64,000 bases of DNA from Rhodospirillales bacterium. Lineage in GTDB: Bacteria > Pseudomonadota > Alphaproteobacteria > Bin95. The stretch is from positions 1,088,001 through 1,152,000 of the forward strand of contig JAYQLI010000035.1 of the NCBI GenBank assembly GCA_038143065.1, in the 5' to 3' direction. The position numbers and the translations under genes were made by a program. Below are positions 20,963 through 32,820 of this stretch, one piece after another; positions within the stretch are counted from its first letter, which is position 1, and each line of letters starts with the position of its first letter. The notes under the pieces are model-generated. The model did not search any database. It saw only the letters and a program-made list of their open reading frames with translations, and was not told where the DNA came from.

Positions 20963-21523
20963 TTACTTATTTACGGTTCCAGCCTGATCAATTGAGCGAT
21001 CTAACTCATCCCGCGTCATTTGAATTCCATAAAAAATACGGTACCCACGGAGCACTTCCGGTGTCGCATTTGGAATAGAAAAAGACACATAATCAACCGC
21101 CCGGGCCTTGCGAGAATCTTTTCCAAACTCAAGTTTCACAGCAAATGTTTCTCGAGAGACAATCTTTTCATCAGGATCAGTAACCGCAACAAAGTATTCT
21201 AGCTGCGCACTATCCTCCTTTAATGCCGGCCCACCATCTGCAAGAACTTCGAGACCAGAATTTATGTTTGCAGTGAGTTTGCTCTGCGTTACGCTACACT
21301 TACCTACAACTCGGGATATCTTAGCATCAAAAATAACCCCAGAGGGTTCTTTGCTGCCGCCTAGGCGAAACTTTTTTAGTTTCTCCGCCTCTTTTAGAAT
21401 ACCAATAGTAGGGCATCCAACATCTATTGTATCTTTTGAAAATGGATTAACGTCAGCTACAGTGTTGCAGGCAGTTAACAGCATCACTGCAATGAAGGCT
21501 AAGGGACAAAATGAAGGTTTCAT
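20963..21523 (-). CDS. Conserved hypothetical lipoprotein divergent from ispH
   Basis: Lipobox LTAC after a hydrophobic stretch; CP motif, GPA and YFVAV typical of the alphaproteobacterial ispH-adjacent lipoprotein. Confidence 0.72.
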   Translation of the reverse strand: MKPSFCPLAFIAVMLLTACNTVADVNPFSKDTIDVGCPTIGILKEAEKLKKFRLGGSKEPSGVIFDAKISRVVGKCSVTQSKLTANINSGLEVLADGGPALKEDSAQLEYFVAVTDPDEKIVSRETFAVKLEFGKDSRKARAVDYVSFSIPNATPEVLRGYRIFYGIQMTRDELDRSIDQAGTVNK

Positions 21524-21595
21524 GTCAGCTCACATGGACTCGGTTATTATGACCCTATATTCAGTGCATGAATCACGCAATCGAACGTTTGAGCA

Positions 21596-22546
21596 ATGAC
21601 AACATCACAACCAAATCTAACAATCCGCCTAGCCTCACCTCGAGGTTTCTGTGCGGGTGTCGACAGGGCAATAGAGATTGTGGAAAAGGCATTGGAGCGT
21701 TACGGCGCCCCGGTCTATGTCCGTCATGAGATTGTTCATAACCGTTTCGTCGTCGACAGATTAGCTGAACTTGGAGCCGTTTTTGTTGAGGAATTAGAGG
21801 AATGTCCTGAGGATAGGCCAGTCATCTTTTCTGCTCACGGCGTGCCAAAATCAGTTCCAGAGGAAGCCAAACGCCGTCAAATGTTTTTTCTAGATGCTAC
21901 CTGCCCTCTGGTTAGCAAAGTACATCGTGAAGCTGAACGACACCACTCCCAAGGCCGACATGTTCTCCTAATTGGACACGAAGGGCATCCAGAAGTAGTT
22001 GGCACCCTTGGCCAGTTACCTTCTGGTTCCATGACGCTTGTTGAAACTGTGTCCGATGCTGAAACCGTAGCGCCCCCCAAGGGCGCCGAATTAGCCTTTG
22101 CTTCACAGACCACTCTTTCAGTCAACGATACAGCTGAAATCATCTCGATATTGCAACGTCGTTTTCCAGACATCGCAGCGCCAAAGCAAGAGGATATCTG
22201 CTATGCAACTACTAATAGGCAAGCCGCTGTTAGAGCAGCAGCTGAAGACACAGATCTTTTTTTAATTGTAGGAGCCTCAAACTCCTCAAATTCGAACAGA
22301 CTTGTAGAGGTGGCTCTTTTGTCAGGAGCAAAAAATTCTCATCTTATTACCACCGCAAATGATATCGATTGGCGATGGTTAGAGGGCGTTCAAACCATTG
22401 GATTAAGTGCAGGCGCTTCTGCACCAGAGCAACTGGTTGATGAAGTCGTTGATGCTTTAAAATCCCGTTTCAACATATCAATCGAAGAGATAAATGTTGC
22501 TGAAGAGACAACGAGATTTAAACTACCGCGTGAACTCGTTCTATAG
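21596..22546 (+). CDS. ispH: 4-hydroxy-3-methylbut-2-enyl diphosphate reductase
   Basis: [46 protein letters not shown]. Confidence 0.97.
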   Translation: MTTSQPNLTIRLASPRGFCAGVDRAIEIVEKALERYGAPVYVRHEIVHNRFVVDRLAELGAVFVEELEECPEDRPVIFSAHGVPKSVPEEAKRRQMFFLDATCPLVSKVHREAERHHSQGRHVLLIGHEGHPEVVGTLGQLPSGSMTLVETVSDAETVAPPKGAELAFASQTTLSVNDTAEIISILQRRFPDIAAPKQEDICYATTNRQAAVRAAAEDTDLFLIVGASNSSNSNRLVEVALLSGAKNSHLITTANDIDWRWLEGVQTIGLSAGASAPEQLVDEVVDALKSRFNISIEEINVAEETTRFKLPRELVL

Positions 22547-22551
22547 AAAAA

Positions 22552-23499
22552 ATGTCTGTCTACACAGAAGTATCAAGAGATGTTCTTGCTACATTTCTTG
22601 ACAATTATAGCCTAGGTGATGTGTTGGCTTTCCAAGGCATCCTGGAAGGCATTGAGAATTCCAATTTCTTTCTAAAAACCTCAGTTGGCCGTTATGTGTT
22701 AACGATCTTTGAAAAAAGAGCTGCAGAACAAGATCTGCCTTATTTTCTTGGTCTAATGGAATATCTGGCAGACAAAAATTTTCCGGCGCCTAAGCCCATC
22801 AAAAATTTTAATGGAGCTACTTTAGGAAAAATTCTTGGGAAGCCAGCAACTATAGTAACTTTCTTAGACGGCAAATGCACAAATGCTCCAAGTTTAGAGG
22901 ACGTAAAGGCTGCTGGAACAGCACTGGCTAATCTTCATGTTACAGCTACAGATTTCCCAATCCAGCGTTCGAATAATCTTGGACTAAATGGTTGGAGACC
23001 ACTTTTTCAAAAGTCTGCAAGTCGTGCACACGAAATACATACCGACCTAGTTTTTGAAATTGAGTCAGCATTAGATCGTTTAGAAAAAAACTGGCCGCAT
23101 GATCTGCCTAAAGGAACAATTCATGCCGATCTTTTTCCAGACAACATGTTCTTAAAAGACGGAACTGTTTCTGGTGTGATTGACTATTATTTTGCTGCCA
23201 CTGATGCCTACGCTTACGATCTTGCAATCACTTTGAATGCTTGGTGCATAACTTCGAACTGCGTTTGGGATAATGAAGCAGCCACGGCAATGATAGGTGG
23301 ATATGAGGCTATTCGCCCGCTCAACCATGAGGAAAAGCAAGCCTTACCTTTGTTACTAGAGGGGGCGGCCTTACGGTTCTTACTCACGCGTTTACATGAC
23401 TGGCTAAATCCTGAGCCAAATGCGCTCGTAAAACCAAAAGACCCATTGCAGCAACTCGCCTGCCTTAAGCTTCACCAAACAGGACAAACAATCAGATGA
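22552..23499 (+). CDS. thrB: Homoserine kinase type II
   Basis: [35 protein letters not shown]. Sits in ispH-thrB-rnhA synteny. Confidence 0.95.
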   Translation: MSVYTEVSRDVLATFLDNYSLGDVLAFQGILEGIENSNFFLKTSVGRYVLTIFEKRAAEQDLPYFLGLMEYLADKNFPAPKPIKNFNGATLGKILGKPATIVTFLDGKCTNAPSLEDVKAAGTALANLHVTATDFPIQRSNNLGLNGWRPLFQKSASRAHEIHTDLVFEIESALDRLEKNWPHDLPKGTIHADLFPDNMFLKDGTVSGVIDYYFAATDAYAYDLAITLNAWCITSNCVWDNEAATAMIGGYEAIRPLNHEEKQALPLLLEGAALRFLLTRLHDWLNPEPNALVKPKDPLQQLACLKLHQTGQTIR

Positions 23500-23921
23500 C
23501 TGTGGAAATTTTTACTGACGGGGCTTGCTCCGGAAATCCAGGACCAGGAGGTTGGGGTGCTATCCTTCGATACAAAAGTACAGAAAAAGAGCTATCTGGC
23601 GGCGAGCCTCTTACTACTAACAATCGAATGGAACTGATGGCTGCCATCATAGCTCTTGAAACCCTAAATCGTCCTTCAACGGTGAGGCTTTCAACTGACA
23701 GCGTGTATGTTCGCGACGGCATAACAAAATGGTTGCCGAATTGGAAACGAAATGGCTGGAAAACTGCAGCAAAAAAGCCGGTTAAAAATGATGACCTATG
23801 GCAAAGGCTTGATATAGCTCAAGCCCCACACAACATCGAATGGGTTTGGATAAAAGGTCACGCGGGGCATATTGAAAATGAACGATGTGATGAACTAGCA
23901 AGAGCAGCGATACCCAGGTGA
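23496..23921 (+). CDS. rnhA: Ribonuclease HI
   Basis: [37 protein letters not shown]. Confidence 0.97.
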   Translation: MTVEIFTDGACSGNPGPGGWGAILRYKSTEKELSGGEPLTTNNRMELMAAIIALETLNRPSTVRLSTDSVYVRDGITKWLPNWKRNGWKTAAKKPVKNDDLWQRLDIAQAPHNIEWVWIKGHAGHIENERCDELARAAIPR

Positions 23922-24334
23922 GACCACCACTCTTCATCTATGGCACACTTCTTGATCGAAGAATTCGTTCTCGTCTTCTAAGGCGCTGGGCTTTGCACTT
24001 AGGCCCAAAAGCTCGTTTGAGCAACTATGCTTGTGTTTACGTATTCGGAAAAGCCTATCCAAGCGTGAAAAAGAACTTCGGAGCTTCTACTGATGGGCGG
24101 CTAATTTATAATTTGCCAACATCCATATTTAGCATTTTAGACGATTATGAGAGCCCTGAGTTCTTGGAAGAAAAAATTAAAGTCAATGTTAGCGGTCGAA
24201 TGTTGAGTGCCCGCTGCTACATAGCCAAGGATAACGTGCGGCTTTCAAAAACACGATGGCGTAATAACACCCGTTTGTGGCGACGCAATGTTGAAAACTA
24301 CATCCGGTGTCATTTCAGTCCAGGTCTATCCTAA
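23918..24334 (+). CDS. Gamma-glutamylcyclotransferase (AIG2-like) family protein
   Basis: LFIYGTL, YP and LDDYE motifs. The GTG start overlaps the rnhA stop. Confidence 0.72.
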   Translation: MRPPLFIYGTLLDRRIRSRLLRRWALHLGPKARLSNYACVYVFGKAYPSVKKNFGASTDGRLIYNLPTSIFSILDDYESPEFLEEKIKVNVSGRMLSARCYIAKDNVRLSKTRWRNNTRLWRRNVENYIRCHFSPGLS

Positions 24335-25141
24335 CCAGCTCCAAGTTCACGCCCCCTATTTCTAGCTGCCGTCATAACCCTTTCCATCAGGGCACGTCAA
24401 ACCATCCTCAGCCATCAAGACGTCCAAAGCCGCCGCAGTAGTTCCCCCGGGACTGGTGACATTCTGTCGAAGCACACTAGGTGTTTCGCTGGATAGACGG
24501 GCGAGCTCTCCCGCGCCCGCTACAGTTTGTAACGCTGCTTTCGATGCCAACTCAGGCTTAAGGCCTAGAGCTTCGCCGGCAGATGCCATGGCCTCAATCA
24601 AATGAAATACGTAAGCCGGACCAGATCCAGATAGTGCAGTGACAGCATCCATTAAATTTTCATCAGTAATCCATTCAACTGCACCAGCAGCCTGCATTAG
24701 AATCTCAGCCAACTTTTTTTGGTTGTCGGTTGTGCTTGTGTTCGCACAAAGCACACTCATACCACGACCAATTGCTGCTGGGGTATTTGGCATGGCCCGT
24801 ACAATGGACGCATTGGTGCCAAATAATGCTTCAAAAAATGAAATAGGTGTTCCAGCTGCTATGGAGAGTGTGAGTGCTGAATTTGCAAGACCAGTATAGG
24901 CTGGCACAACATCATTCATAGCTTGAGGCTTAACAGCCATAACAATCGCGTCAGGCGAAAAAGTTGAAGGAATTCCTGCGAAATCTTGCACAAAGGTTAT
25001 GTTTGGATTTGCGCCAATATTTGGAATAGATTGCTTTTTTGGCTCAACAATAACGAAGCTATCCGCGGCACCATTAGCACACCACCCAGAGAGTAATGCA
25101 CCTCCCATTTTACCGCAGCCAACGAGGAGTATACTCGTCAT
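24331..25141 (-). CDS. proC: Pyrroline-5-carboxylate reductase; C-terminal frameshift near 24390
   Basis: GCGKMG, AVKPQ, SIAAG, RAMPNTP, LSGSGPAY, VTSPGGTT. The tail [15 protein letters not shown] lies in another frame. Confidence 0.95.
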
Positions 25142-25144
25142 AAA

Positions 25145-25627
25145 TTAAGCCCTTCCCACTGGCTCTAACATTGCTGCCGCCACTGCATCAGATGCGGATT
25201 TTCCGCCCCATAACATGTATTGGAAAGCAGGATAAAATCGATCGCACTCTCCTAATGCAAGCTCCATCATATCTTCGAACTGTTCAGCCGTGGGGGCTGC
25301 CTGGCCTCGGGTGAGGCTAGCATGACGGAAAACTAAAAGATTTGAGCTGGGGTCTACAATGAAGTGTCCAAGTGGCAACTGATCATTAACTAAAGCTAGC
25401 ATTTCATAGAGGGCATTTCTTCGTTCAACGCCAACTCTGAGATCACAAGCACATCCAAATTGGAGCATATTTACATCATCACGCCAAGCAAACATCAAAC
25501 TATAGTCAGCCCAGCGCCCTGCAACTTCTGCAACTAATTCATCGGCAAGCGCTCGCTCAAAGGGCCACTCATTTGCAGCAAAAATCTCCTCGACCAAGTC
25601 CAGAGGATGAAAAAATTCGGATGACAT
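25145..25627 (-). CDS. YbjN-domain protein
   Basis: HPLDLVE, WPFER, LGHF, ECDRFYPAFQ, EPVGRA. Conserved position upstream of proC. Confidence 0.85.
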   Translation of the reverse strand: MSSEFFHPLDLVEEIFAANEWPFERALADELVAEVAGRWADYSLMFAWRDDVNMLQFGCACDLRVGVERRNALYEMLALVNDQLPLGHFIVDPSSNLLVFRHASLTRGQAAPTAEQFEDMMELALGECDRFYPAFQYMLWGGKSASDAVAAAMLEPVGRA

Positions 25628-25744
25628 GCCCTTTGCCTCCGGTTAACGAGCCCCACCAGTAGGGTCTTCGACAAGGGCAAAGTGACAATTCAGATTCCTG
25701 GATGCAAGAACTGATTCCTATATGAATCAAGTTTTTAGGCGGGT

Positions 25745-26077
25745 TCATGCAGAAAATTGTGGAGGAAACCTGTAATACCTTATTGTGACTCTGTTTTTTT
25801 CTTCGAGCTTTTGAAGTCGGTTTTCTAGTGTTTCTATGCGTGTATTGAGCATTTCTTGCTCTAAGCGTGCCTTCGAGGCCATTTCCCGAACCGCTTCAAA
25901 TTCCTCTCGTCGAACTAAATCTAGCTCATTAACAAGCTTAGCAGCCTGCGTTCTCACTAGGGTCTCAATATCCTGCCTAAGGCCACTGGCAGCTCCTAAT
26001 GCCCCTCCTGCTAGTTTACTAAAGTCCTCAAACAAACGTACTGAAGGCTTCTCACCACTTTGCATATCAAGCTCCAT
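25745..26077 (-). CDS. ubiK: UbiK/BMFP-family accessory factor
   Basis: LDLVRREEFEAVREMASKAR.E followed by a coiled coil. Divergent from lgt. Confidence 0.82.
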   Translation of the reverse strand: MELDMQSGEKPSVRLFEDFSKLAGGALGAASGLRQDIETLVRTQAAKLVNELDLVRREEFEAVREMASKARLEQEMLNTRIETLENRLQKLEEKNRVTIRYYRFPPQFSA

Positions 26078-26133
26078 CTCGTAGGTTCATATAGCGTTAT
26101 CGCAAATCACTCGATGCAAGGCTAGTAATCACA

Positions 26134-26943
26134 ATGGGACCCATCTTTATTATTCCCTTCCCTGCAATAGATCCTACCCTTATATCGTTCGGCCCATTTG
26201 CCATACGCTGGTACGCTCTTGCTTATATAATCGGGCTTTTATTGGGTTGGAGATATGTGCGGGTGCTAGCAGAAAAGTCCCCCAACCATATTCGGACAAA
26301 TCAAATTGATGATCTATTAGTTTGGATAACGCTAGGAGTGATCTTGGGTGGCAGATTAGGATATGTGGTTTTCTATCAGCCATTATATTTCATTGAAAAT
26401 CCTCAAAACATTTTGCAAATCTGGAAAGGAGGAATGTCCTTTCATGGAGGGCTTATTGGATGCGTCATAGCAGGCTGGATCTTCGCAAAAAGGTCAGGGA
26501 TACCAGCATTGCACGTTGGCGATCTATGCGGCGCAGCCGGACCAATAGGACTTTTCTTGGGACGACTAGCTAATTTCGTGAATGGCGAACTTTGGGGCCG
26601 CGCTACTGATGTTTCTTGGGCAATGGTTTTCCCCAAAGATCGATATGGTATCCCTCGTCATCCAAGCCAATTATATGAAGCATTTTTAGAGGGTATTATT
26701 CTCTTCGTAATTTGCTGGATAATCATCAGGCGAGAGAAATTTCGAAAAATGTATGGCCTAACTTTTGGCGTTTTCATCGGAGGCTATGGTGTGGCGCGAT
26801 TTGTTATTGAATTCGCAAGAGAGCCTGATGCTCACATAGGATTTCTTTTTGCCGGTGCAACTATGGGGCAATTGCTATCTTTGCCAATGATTTTAGTTGG
26901 TGGTTTCTTCATATTACGCTCTCGCCATGCCGTCAAAAATTAG
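26134..26943 (+). CDS. lgt: Prolipoprotein diacylglyceryl transferase
   Basis: IRWYALAY, GGRLGY, GGMSFHGG, GRLANFVNGELWGR, RHPSQLYE, EFAREPD. Confidence 0.97.
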   Translation: MGPIFIIPFPAIDPTLISFGPFAIRWYALAYIIGLLLGWRYVRVLAEKSPNHIRTNQIDDLLVWITLGVILGGRLGYVVFYQPLYFIENPQNILQIWKGGMSFHGGLIGCVIAGWIFAKRSGIPALHVGDLCGAAGPIGLFLGRLANFVNGELWGRATDVSWAMVFPKDRYGIPRHPSQLYEAFLEGIILFVICWIIIRREKFRKMYGLTFGVFIGGYGVARFVIEFAREPDAHIGFLFAGATMGQLLSLPMILVGGFFILRSRHAVKN

Positions 26944-28012
26944 GAGCATAGAAGCTCGGCTTCGACAAGAAATAATAGATCAGGGAGATATTTCTCTCAG
27001 TCACTTCTGGCGTGAGGCAATGACTGCCGCGGATAGTGGTTATTACACCAACACGGCACCCATCGGGGAGGATGGGGATTTCATTACTGCTCCAGAGGTT
27101 TCACAAATTTTTGGAGAATTAATAGGCCTCTGGCTCGCTGATAATTGGGCAAAAAATTGGCTCCCCTCCAAATTTTGATCTTGTCGAACTTGGCCCCGGC
27201 CGAGGTCAATTAATGGTTGATGCCCTCAGGGCAACGAAATCGGTACCAGGTTTTCTATCTGCTGCCCAACTGTTACTTGTAGAAGTCAGTAAACCTTTCC
27301 GGGCCATGCAAGCTGATAGGCTCAGAAAATACTCACCCTCATGGCAAAAAGACTGGCAAAAAATAACCGATGGGGATGCCCCACTTTTTCTCATCGCGAA
27401 TGAATTTCTAGACGCTCTCCCTATTTGCCAGTTTGAACTCAGCTCGAAAGGCTGGGAGGAGCGACGCATCATTTGGAATGGGCATGCTTTTGAGTTCAAC
27501 AACACCTTAACTGCTAATCCCCCGGAGACTAAAATTTTTCCATCTGCTCCTATTGGAGCTGTAGTCGAAGTTAGTGAGGAGCGAGATGCTCTTGTAGATG
27601 CAGTATCAAAAGAATTGCCAGAACTGGCGGTGCAGCACTTTTCATTGATTACGGCTTCAGCACCAACAAATTGGGAGACAGTTTGCAAGCAATTTTTAAG
27701 GGCAAGCCAGTTAACCCTCTTTCCAACCCAGGATTGGCGGACCTTACCTCACATGTAAATTTCTCTTCTGTAGCAGATAAAGTAGAGGCCGCAGGCGCCG
27801 TTTCGTATGGGCCAGTTGACCAAGGAGTCTTTCTACTTCGTCTAGGAGCAGAGGTGCGCGCAAATCAACTTGCCGCAACGGCAACAGCCGAAAAAAATGT
27901 CCTCATGCGGCAAAGTTTAAAACGTTTGGTGCATCCTCTGGAGATGGGAGGTCTTTTCAAGGCTTTAGCTATTTTACCACCTGGTTCACATGAGCCCGCA
28001 GGATTTGATTAA
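26927..28012 (+). CDS. SAM-dependent methyltransferase MidA/NDUFAF7 family; frameshifts ~27155 and ~27615
   Basis: GYY, GDFITAPEVSQIFGE, ELGPGRG, ANEFLDALP, DLTSHVNF, MGGLFK. Sits in lgt-midA-pgeF synteny. Confidence 0.9.
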
Positions 28013-28791
28013 TGTCTCTAGAGAAAATCCATCCAATTGAATCAAAGGTTCTTAATATTGAAGGCATTAGACATGGATTTTTTACACGCCAAGGAGGCGT
28101 GAGTGAGGGCATTTATAAGTCACTTAATTGTGGACTGTCTTCTAAAGATAATCCAGAAGCAGTTCATGAAAATCGGAGACGTGTTGCTTCGCATTTAACT
28201 GGAAAATCCGAGCTGCTATCGACTACCAATCAGATTCATTCTGCAACCGCTGTGATAATTGATAGACCTCTAGGTAGAGAATTACCTAAAGCTGACGCAC
28301 TCGTTACAAGAAAACCTGGTATTGTATTGGGCGCTTTAGCTGCTGATTGCGCTCCAGTTTTACTCGCTGATCCAATAGCCGGTGTGGTTGCATCTGCACA
28401 TGCTGGTTGGCGAGGGGCAATAGAAGGAATTGTTGATGCTACAGTTTTAGCCATGGAAGATCTGGGAGCCAGTAGAAGAAACATTTTCGCGGCAATTGGA
28501 CCGTGCATAGGTCAAGCCTCTTATGAAGTAGATTTGCAATTTGAGGGCAAATTTATTTCTCAATCCAAAAACAATAGTCGTTTCTTTGCCCCCGGAGCAA
28601 AAAGCGAAAAACGGCAATTCAATTTGACGGAGTATGTTTTACGCCGAACTCAAAAACTCGGCCTTGCTGCTGTTCATGCATTAGATATTGATGTTTATCC
28701 TGATAGTGAAAGGTTCTTTAGCTATCGTCGCAGCAAACACTTAGGTGAACCTGACTATGCCCGTTTGGTTTCAGCAATCTCGCTCAGTTGA
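28012..28791 (+). CDS. pgeF: Peptidoglycan editing factor / purine nucleoside phosphorylase YfiH
   Basis: HGFFTRQGGVS, QIHS, ADCAPVL, HAGWRG, IGPCI, FFSYRR. Confidence 0.93.
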   Translation: MSLEKIHPIESKVLNIEGIRHGFFTRQGGVSEGIYKSLNCGLSSKDNPEAVHENRRRVASHLTGKSELLSTTNQIHSATAVIIDRPLGRELPKADALVTRKPGIVLGALAADCAPVLLADPIAGVVASAHAGWRGAIEGIVDATVLAMEDLGASRRNIFAAIGPCIGQASYEVDLQFEGKFISQSKNNSRFFAPGAKSEKRQFNLTEYVLRRTQKLGLAAVHALDIDVYPDSERFFSYRRSKHLGEPDYARLVSAISLS

Positions 28792-28879
28792 GCTAATGGC
28801 CCTAATGGTTGGAGAAAACAAAAGGTCGCTAATCTATAAGTAGAAGGGCGTATTAATTTACCTGTGAGGAACACATGCC

Positions 28880-29777
28880 ATGCCTGAAATAATCGATATT
28901 GGTATCGAAAAACTAATGCAAACCCTTCGAGAACGCGGACTTCCTGATGGCCTATCCTTGGATGAGCGAAGGGCTCGCATGGAAGACATTGGAACTCGGT
29001 TCCCTGCTCCCCAACGTGCCAGCATTAACCCAGTAAAAATTGCTGAAAGACCAGCAGAGTGGGTCTGTGACCCAGATATGGATGACGGACGTGTAATGCT
29101 TTATGTCCATGGGGGTGGATACGTACAAGGCTCTCTCGCAAGTCATAGAAATTTAGTTTTTGAGATTGCACGCTCTATGAAGGGAAAAGTTCTAAACCTC
29201 GACTACCGATTGGCCCCTGAACATCCATTCCCTGCAGCGCTCGAAGATACGGTCAATGCATGGGCCGAGCTACTAGAGATGGGCATAGACCCAAAGAAAG
29301 CGAGTTTTGGCGGCGACAGTGCGGGTGGAGGGTTGGTCATAGCAGCACTTGTATCTGCCCGCGACAAGGGATTGCCAATGCCATCTTGCGCTTGTTGCAT
29401 TTCTCCCTGGACCGACCTTGTTGGCACAGGACAGACTATGGACACAAAAGCTTTAGAGGACCCAATGGTCAATCGTGCAGCTCTTGAATTTTTTCAGATT
29501 TTTACGCTGACAAAGAAGACAAAACACATCCTCTTATTTCCCCCTTTTTGCTGATCTTGCTGGGCTCCCTCCTCTTCTCATCCAAGTAGGCACAGCAGAA
29601 ACGTTGCTAGATGACAGTAGACGTTTAGCAACGAGAGCACGTTATGCCGGAGTGGATGTAAGCTATGCTGAATGGGACGGCATGCCTCATATCTGGCATA
29701 TATTTGCTCCTTTATTAGAAAAGAGCCGAAAGGCAATTATTGAACTTGGTGAGTTTGTAGAACGAAAAACAGGCTAA
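28880..29777 (+). CDS. HSL-family alpha/beta hydrolase (esterase/lactonase); frameshifts near 29490-29550
   Basis: HGGGY, DYRLAPEHPFPAA, GDSAGG, ISPWTDL. The C-terminus LPPLLIQVG..E.LLDDS...GMPH ends at 29777. Confidence 0.88.
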
Positions 29778-29780
29778 AAG

Positions 29781-30800
29781 ATGCATAAAACAATCAACCT
29801 GAGCCTATCTGACATTTTTGAATTATCTATGGACGCTCTACTGGCCAGTGGTGCTAATAGAGAAAACGCTGAAGCAGTTTCAGCTGTAGTTCGGAATGCA
29901 GATCGAGACGGTTGCACTAGCCATGGAATTTTTCGTGTCCCTGGATACTGCTCAGCCTTAAAACTGGGAGCCGTAAACGGTCATGCCAAGCCTGAATTAA
30001 TTGATCAAGCCCCAAGCATCGTTCGTATTGAAGCATCTAATGGGCTTGCACCGCTTGCTGTCGAGGTGGGGCGCCCATCACTAATTAAAAAAGCAAAAGA
30101 CCAAGGCATTGCAACTCTGGCAATTAGGAACAGCGCCCATTTTGCAGCATTGTGGCCAGATACTGAGCCTCTTGCAGATGATGGTTTGGTAGCTATGAGT
30201 TTTGTAAACTCTCGAGCTTTTGTTGCGCCTGCGGGGGGTAAAAGAAGACGAGTGTTTGGCACTAACCCAATGTCCTTTGCAGTGCCACGTTCTGGGCAGC
30301 CACCAATGGTCTTTGACCAAGCATCCAGTGCTGCTGCTCGAGGCGAGATTATGCTCGCCGCTCGAGATGGGCATAAGGCTTTGGCAGAATGGGGTCTTGG
30401 CCCGGATGGGGTGGAAACTGATGATCCCGCAGAAATTCTCAAAGGGGTCCAACTCCCGTTCGGAGGCTACAAGGGTGGAGCAATTGCGTTGATGGTTGAA
30501 ATACTGGCTGCTCTGCTTACCGGGGGCGAAACAAGTTTGGAAGCTGAACGCTCCTATACTGGTCACGGCGGTCCTTCTCCCGCTGGCCACTTAATTATTG
30601 CTATGGATCCAAAACGTTTTGGTCAGGAAAACTTTATCAATCGAGTCGAGTTACTGTTTGAGGAAATGTTGGCAGACCCAGAAGTTCGCCTTCCTGGCGA
30701 TCGACGTCTCGCGATGCGCCAGAAAACACAAACACAGGGTGTTGATATACCTGAAACACTCTTCCAAGAGGTAAGAGAAATATCGAGAGGCCCCAAGTAA
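29781..30800 (+). CDS. Ldh_2-family oxidoreductase (DpkA/LhpD-like imine reductase or sulfolactate/ureidoglycolate dehydrogenase)
   Basis: SHG, HFAALWPD.E, GTNPMSFA, FDQASS, PFGGYKG, RLPGDRR. Confidence 0.85.
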   Translation: MHKTINLSLSDIFELSMDALLASGANRENAEAVSAVVRNADRDGCTSHGIFRVPGYCSALKLGAVNGHAKPELIDQAPSIVRIEASNGLAPLAVEVGRPSLIKKAKDQGIATLAIRNSAHFAALWPDTEPLADDGLVAMSFVNSRAFVAPAGGKRRRVFGTNPMSFAVPRSGQPPMVFDQASSAAARGEIMLAARDGHKALAEWGLGPDGVETDDPAEILKGVQLPFGGYKGGAIALMVEILAALLTGGETSLEAERSYTGHGGPSPAGHLIIAMDPKRFGQENFINRVELLFEEMLADPEVRLPGDRRLAMRQKTQTQGVDIPETLFQEVREISRGPK

Positions 30801-31612
30801 TGGATAGGATTACTGTTAACTCATATCAAATGGCTTATCTTGATATCGGTTCAGGCCCTGCAATCTTATGTCTGCATGGGTCTCTCAATGACTTCCGCGC
30901 ATGGGCCCCAGTATTAAAACCTTTCTCTAAGAAGCACCGCCTATTGGTTCCTAGCCTTCGACACTACTTTCCTGAACATTGGGACGGAAAGAACGGAACT
31001 TTCACAATAAGCCAACATGTATCAGACGTAATTGCTTTCATTGAAAAGCTCAATATCGGTCCCATAAACCTGCTTGGACACTCTAGAGGAGGGCATATCG
31101 CGTTTCGTTTGGCTGAGCAAAGGCCTGACCTAATTCAGAAACTTATATTGGCAGAACCAGGAGGAACTCTCGACGTAAGTCTCGATCCTCAAGTAAACTC
31201 TATCGGCGCCGATGAAGGGCCAAGAGCATATGCTCGCACAGCAGCAACTTTGCTTCGTGATGGAGACTTTGAAGGTGGGGTAAGAGCGTTTGTAGATGGA
31301 GTTAACGGACAGGGTAGTTGGGCCAAATTGCCTCCAGCAGACCGACAAATGCGAGAGGATAACGCCTTCACACTTTTAGCGCAGGAGAATGAAGGTCGCC
31401 GCCCATTTACTAGTAGCGAAGCAGCAGCAATTTCTTCACCTACTCTCTTCATCGGAGGAGGCGATACTACAGGATTACTCCTAAATATCTTAAATGCACT
31501 TGCAGCACATGTACCTGGTGCCAAGAAAGTATTTATCCCGAACGCAGGGCATAGCATGTTTAGACAACAACCTAAGGAATTTGCACGAGCAGTCCTTGAA
31601 TTCCTTGAATAG
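30800..31612 (+). CDS. Alpha/beta hydrolase
   Basis: LHGS, nucleophile elbow GHSRG, C-terminal AGH. TAATG coupling. Confidence 0.85.
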   Translation: MDRITVNSYQMAYLDIGSGPAILCLHGSLNDFRAWAPVLKPFSKKHRLLVPSLRHYFPEHWDGKNGTFTISQHVSDVIAFIEKLNIGPINLLGHSRGGHIAFRLAEQRPDLIQKLILAEPGGTLDVSLDPQVNSIGADEGPRAYARTAATLLRDGDFEGGVRAFVDGVNGQGSWAKLPPADRQMREDNAFTLLAQENEGRRPFTSSEAAAISSPTLFIGGGDTTGLLLNILNALAAHVPGAKKVFIPNAGHSMFRQQPKEFARAVLEFLE

Positions 31613-31643
31613 AGTACTGCCGCCTACGGCTGAAACAATATCT

Positions 31644-32686
31644 CTAAACCTCAAATCCACTTTGAATAAGACGTGCAGCATCGCAAGCGCTGTATGTTAA
31701 AATTGCATCGGCTCCAGAACGCTTGAATGACACGAGTGCTTCAATCATAGCCCGATCGTAGTCGATCCATCCTTGCAAACTTGCAGCCTTTAACATCGAG
31801 TATTCACCCGAAACATTGTACGCAACAGTTGGCATGCCAAATGTGTCCTTCACTCTGCGAATGACATCAAGATAAGGAAGACCTGGTTTTACCATGACCA
31901 TGTCTGCCCCCTCCTGAATATCAAGAGCCACCTCGCGCAATGCCTCATCTGTGTTTGCAGGATCCATCTGGTAGGTTTTTTTATCACCTTGTCCAAGAGA
32001 GGTACCCGAACCTATTGCATCGCGAAAAGGCATATAGAACGCACTGGCGTATTTAGCAGCATAGGACAAAATTCGAACGTGATCATACCCAGCAGAATCC
32101 AAGGCATCTCGGATGGCACCAACACGACCATCCATCATATCGGAAGGTGAAATGACATCACATCCAGCCTCAGCTTGAAGAACAGATTGACGGCAAAGAA
32201 CGTCAACTGTTTCATCATTCACTACATATCCGTCTCTAACTAGGCCGTCTTGTCCATGGCTGGTGAAGGGATCAAGTGCTGCATCACAAATAATACCGAT
32301 ATCTGGAACGACGCTTTTAACAGCCTTTATTGCCTGGATAACAATGTTATCCGCATTAACTGCTTCTGATCCATCAGGGTCTTTTTTTGCTTTATCTATT
32401 TCTGGGAAGATAGCAACAGCTGGGATACCAAGATCAGCGGCTTCGGCAACAGCTTCTGCAATTCGGTCAGCGCTCCATCGGAACTGACCTGGCATTGCAG
32501 AAATTTCTTCTTTCTTGCCATTCCCTTCAGCCACAAAAACCGGCCAGATTAAATCATTCGTAGTTAGTGTGTTTTCTCTTACTAGTCGGCGATTCCAGAA
32601 TCACGACGGTTTCTGCGCATACGAATTTTTGGGAAGGAGCCACTGCCTAGCAGTGTTCTCCTTAGAGAATTAGCTCCTTCATCCAT
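31644..32686 (-). CDS. hemB: Porphobilinogen synthase (Asp-rich, Zn-independent type); frameshift near 32597
   Basis: RMRRNRR N-terminus, [38 protein letters not shown]. Confidence 0.95.
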
Positions 32687-32820
32687 CGTTTTTTCCTCTA
32701 AATTCAAAATTCTGCTTCACTACATTCCATATTAGCGCTTTTACGGCAATTGCAGAGTTAGCAATCGGAGGTTACACCCTTTTACCTTGGCCCTTTGTTT
32801 CAATACCTCAGAGGCTTCTT

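Noticed and set aside
32590-32602. General link between sequence errors and GANTC methylation sites
   Set aside because: It holds for the hemB frameshift and the 433 substitution, but most other breaks have no GANTC nearby.
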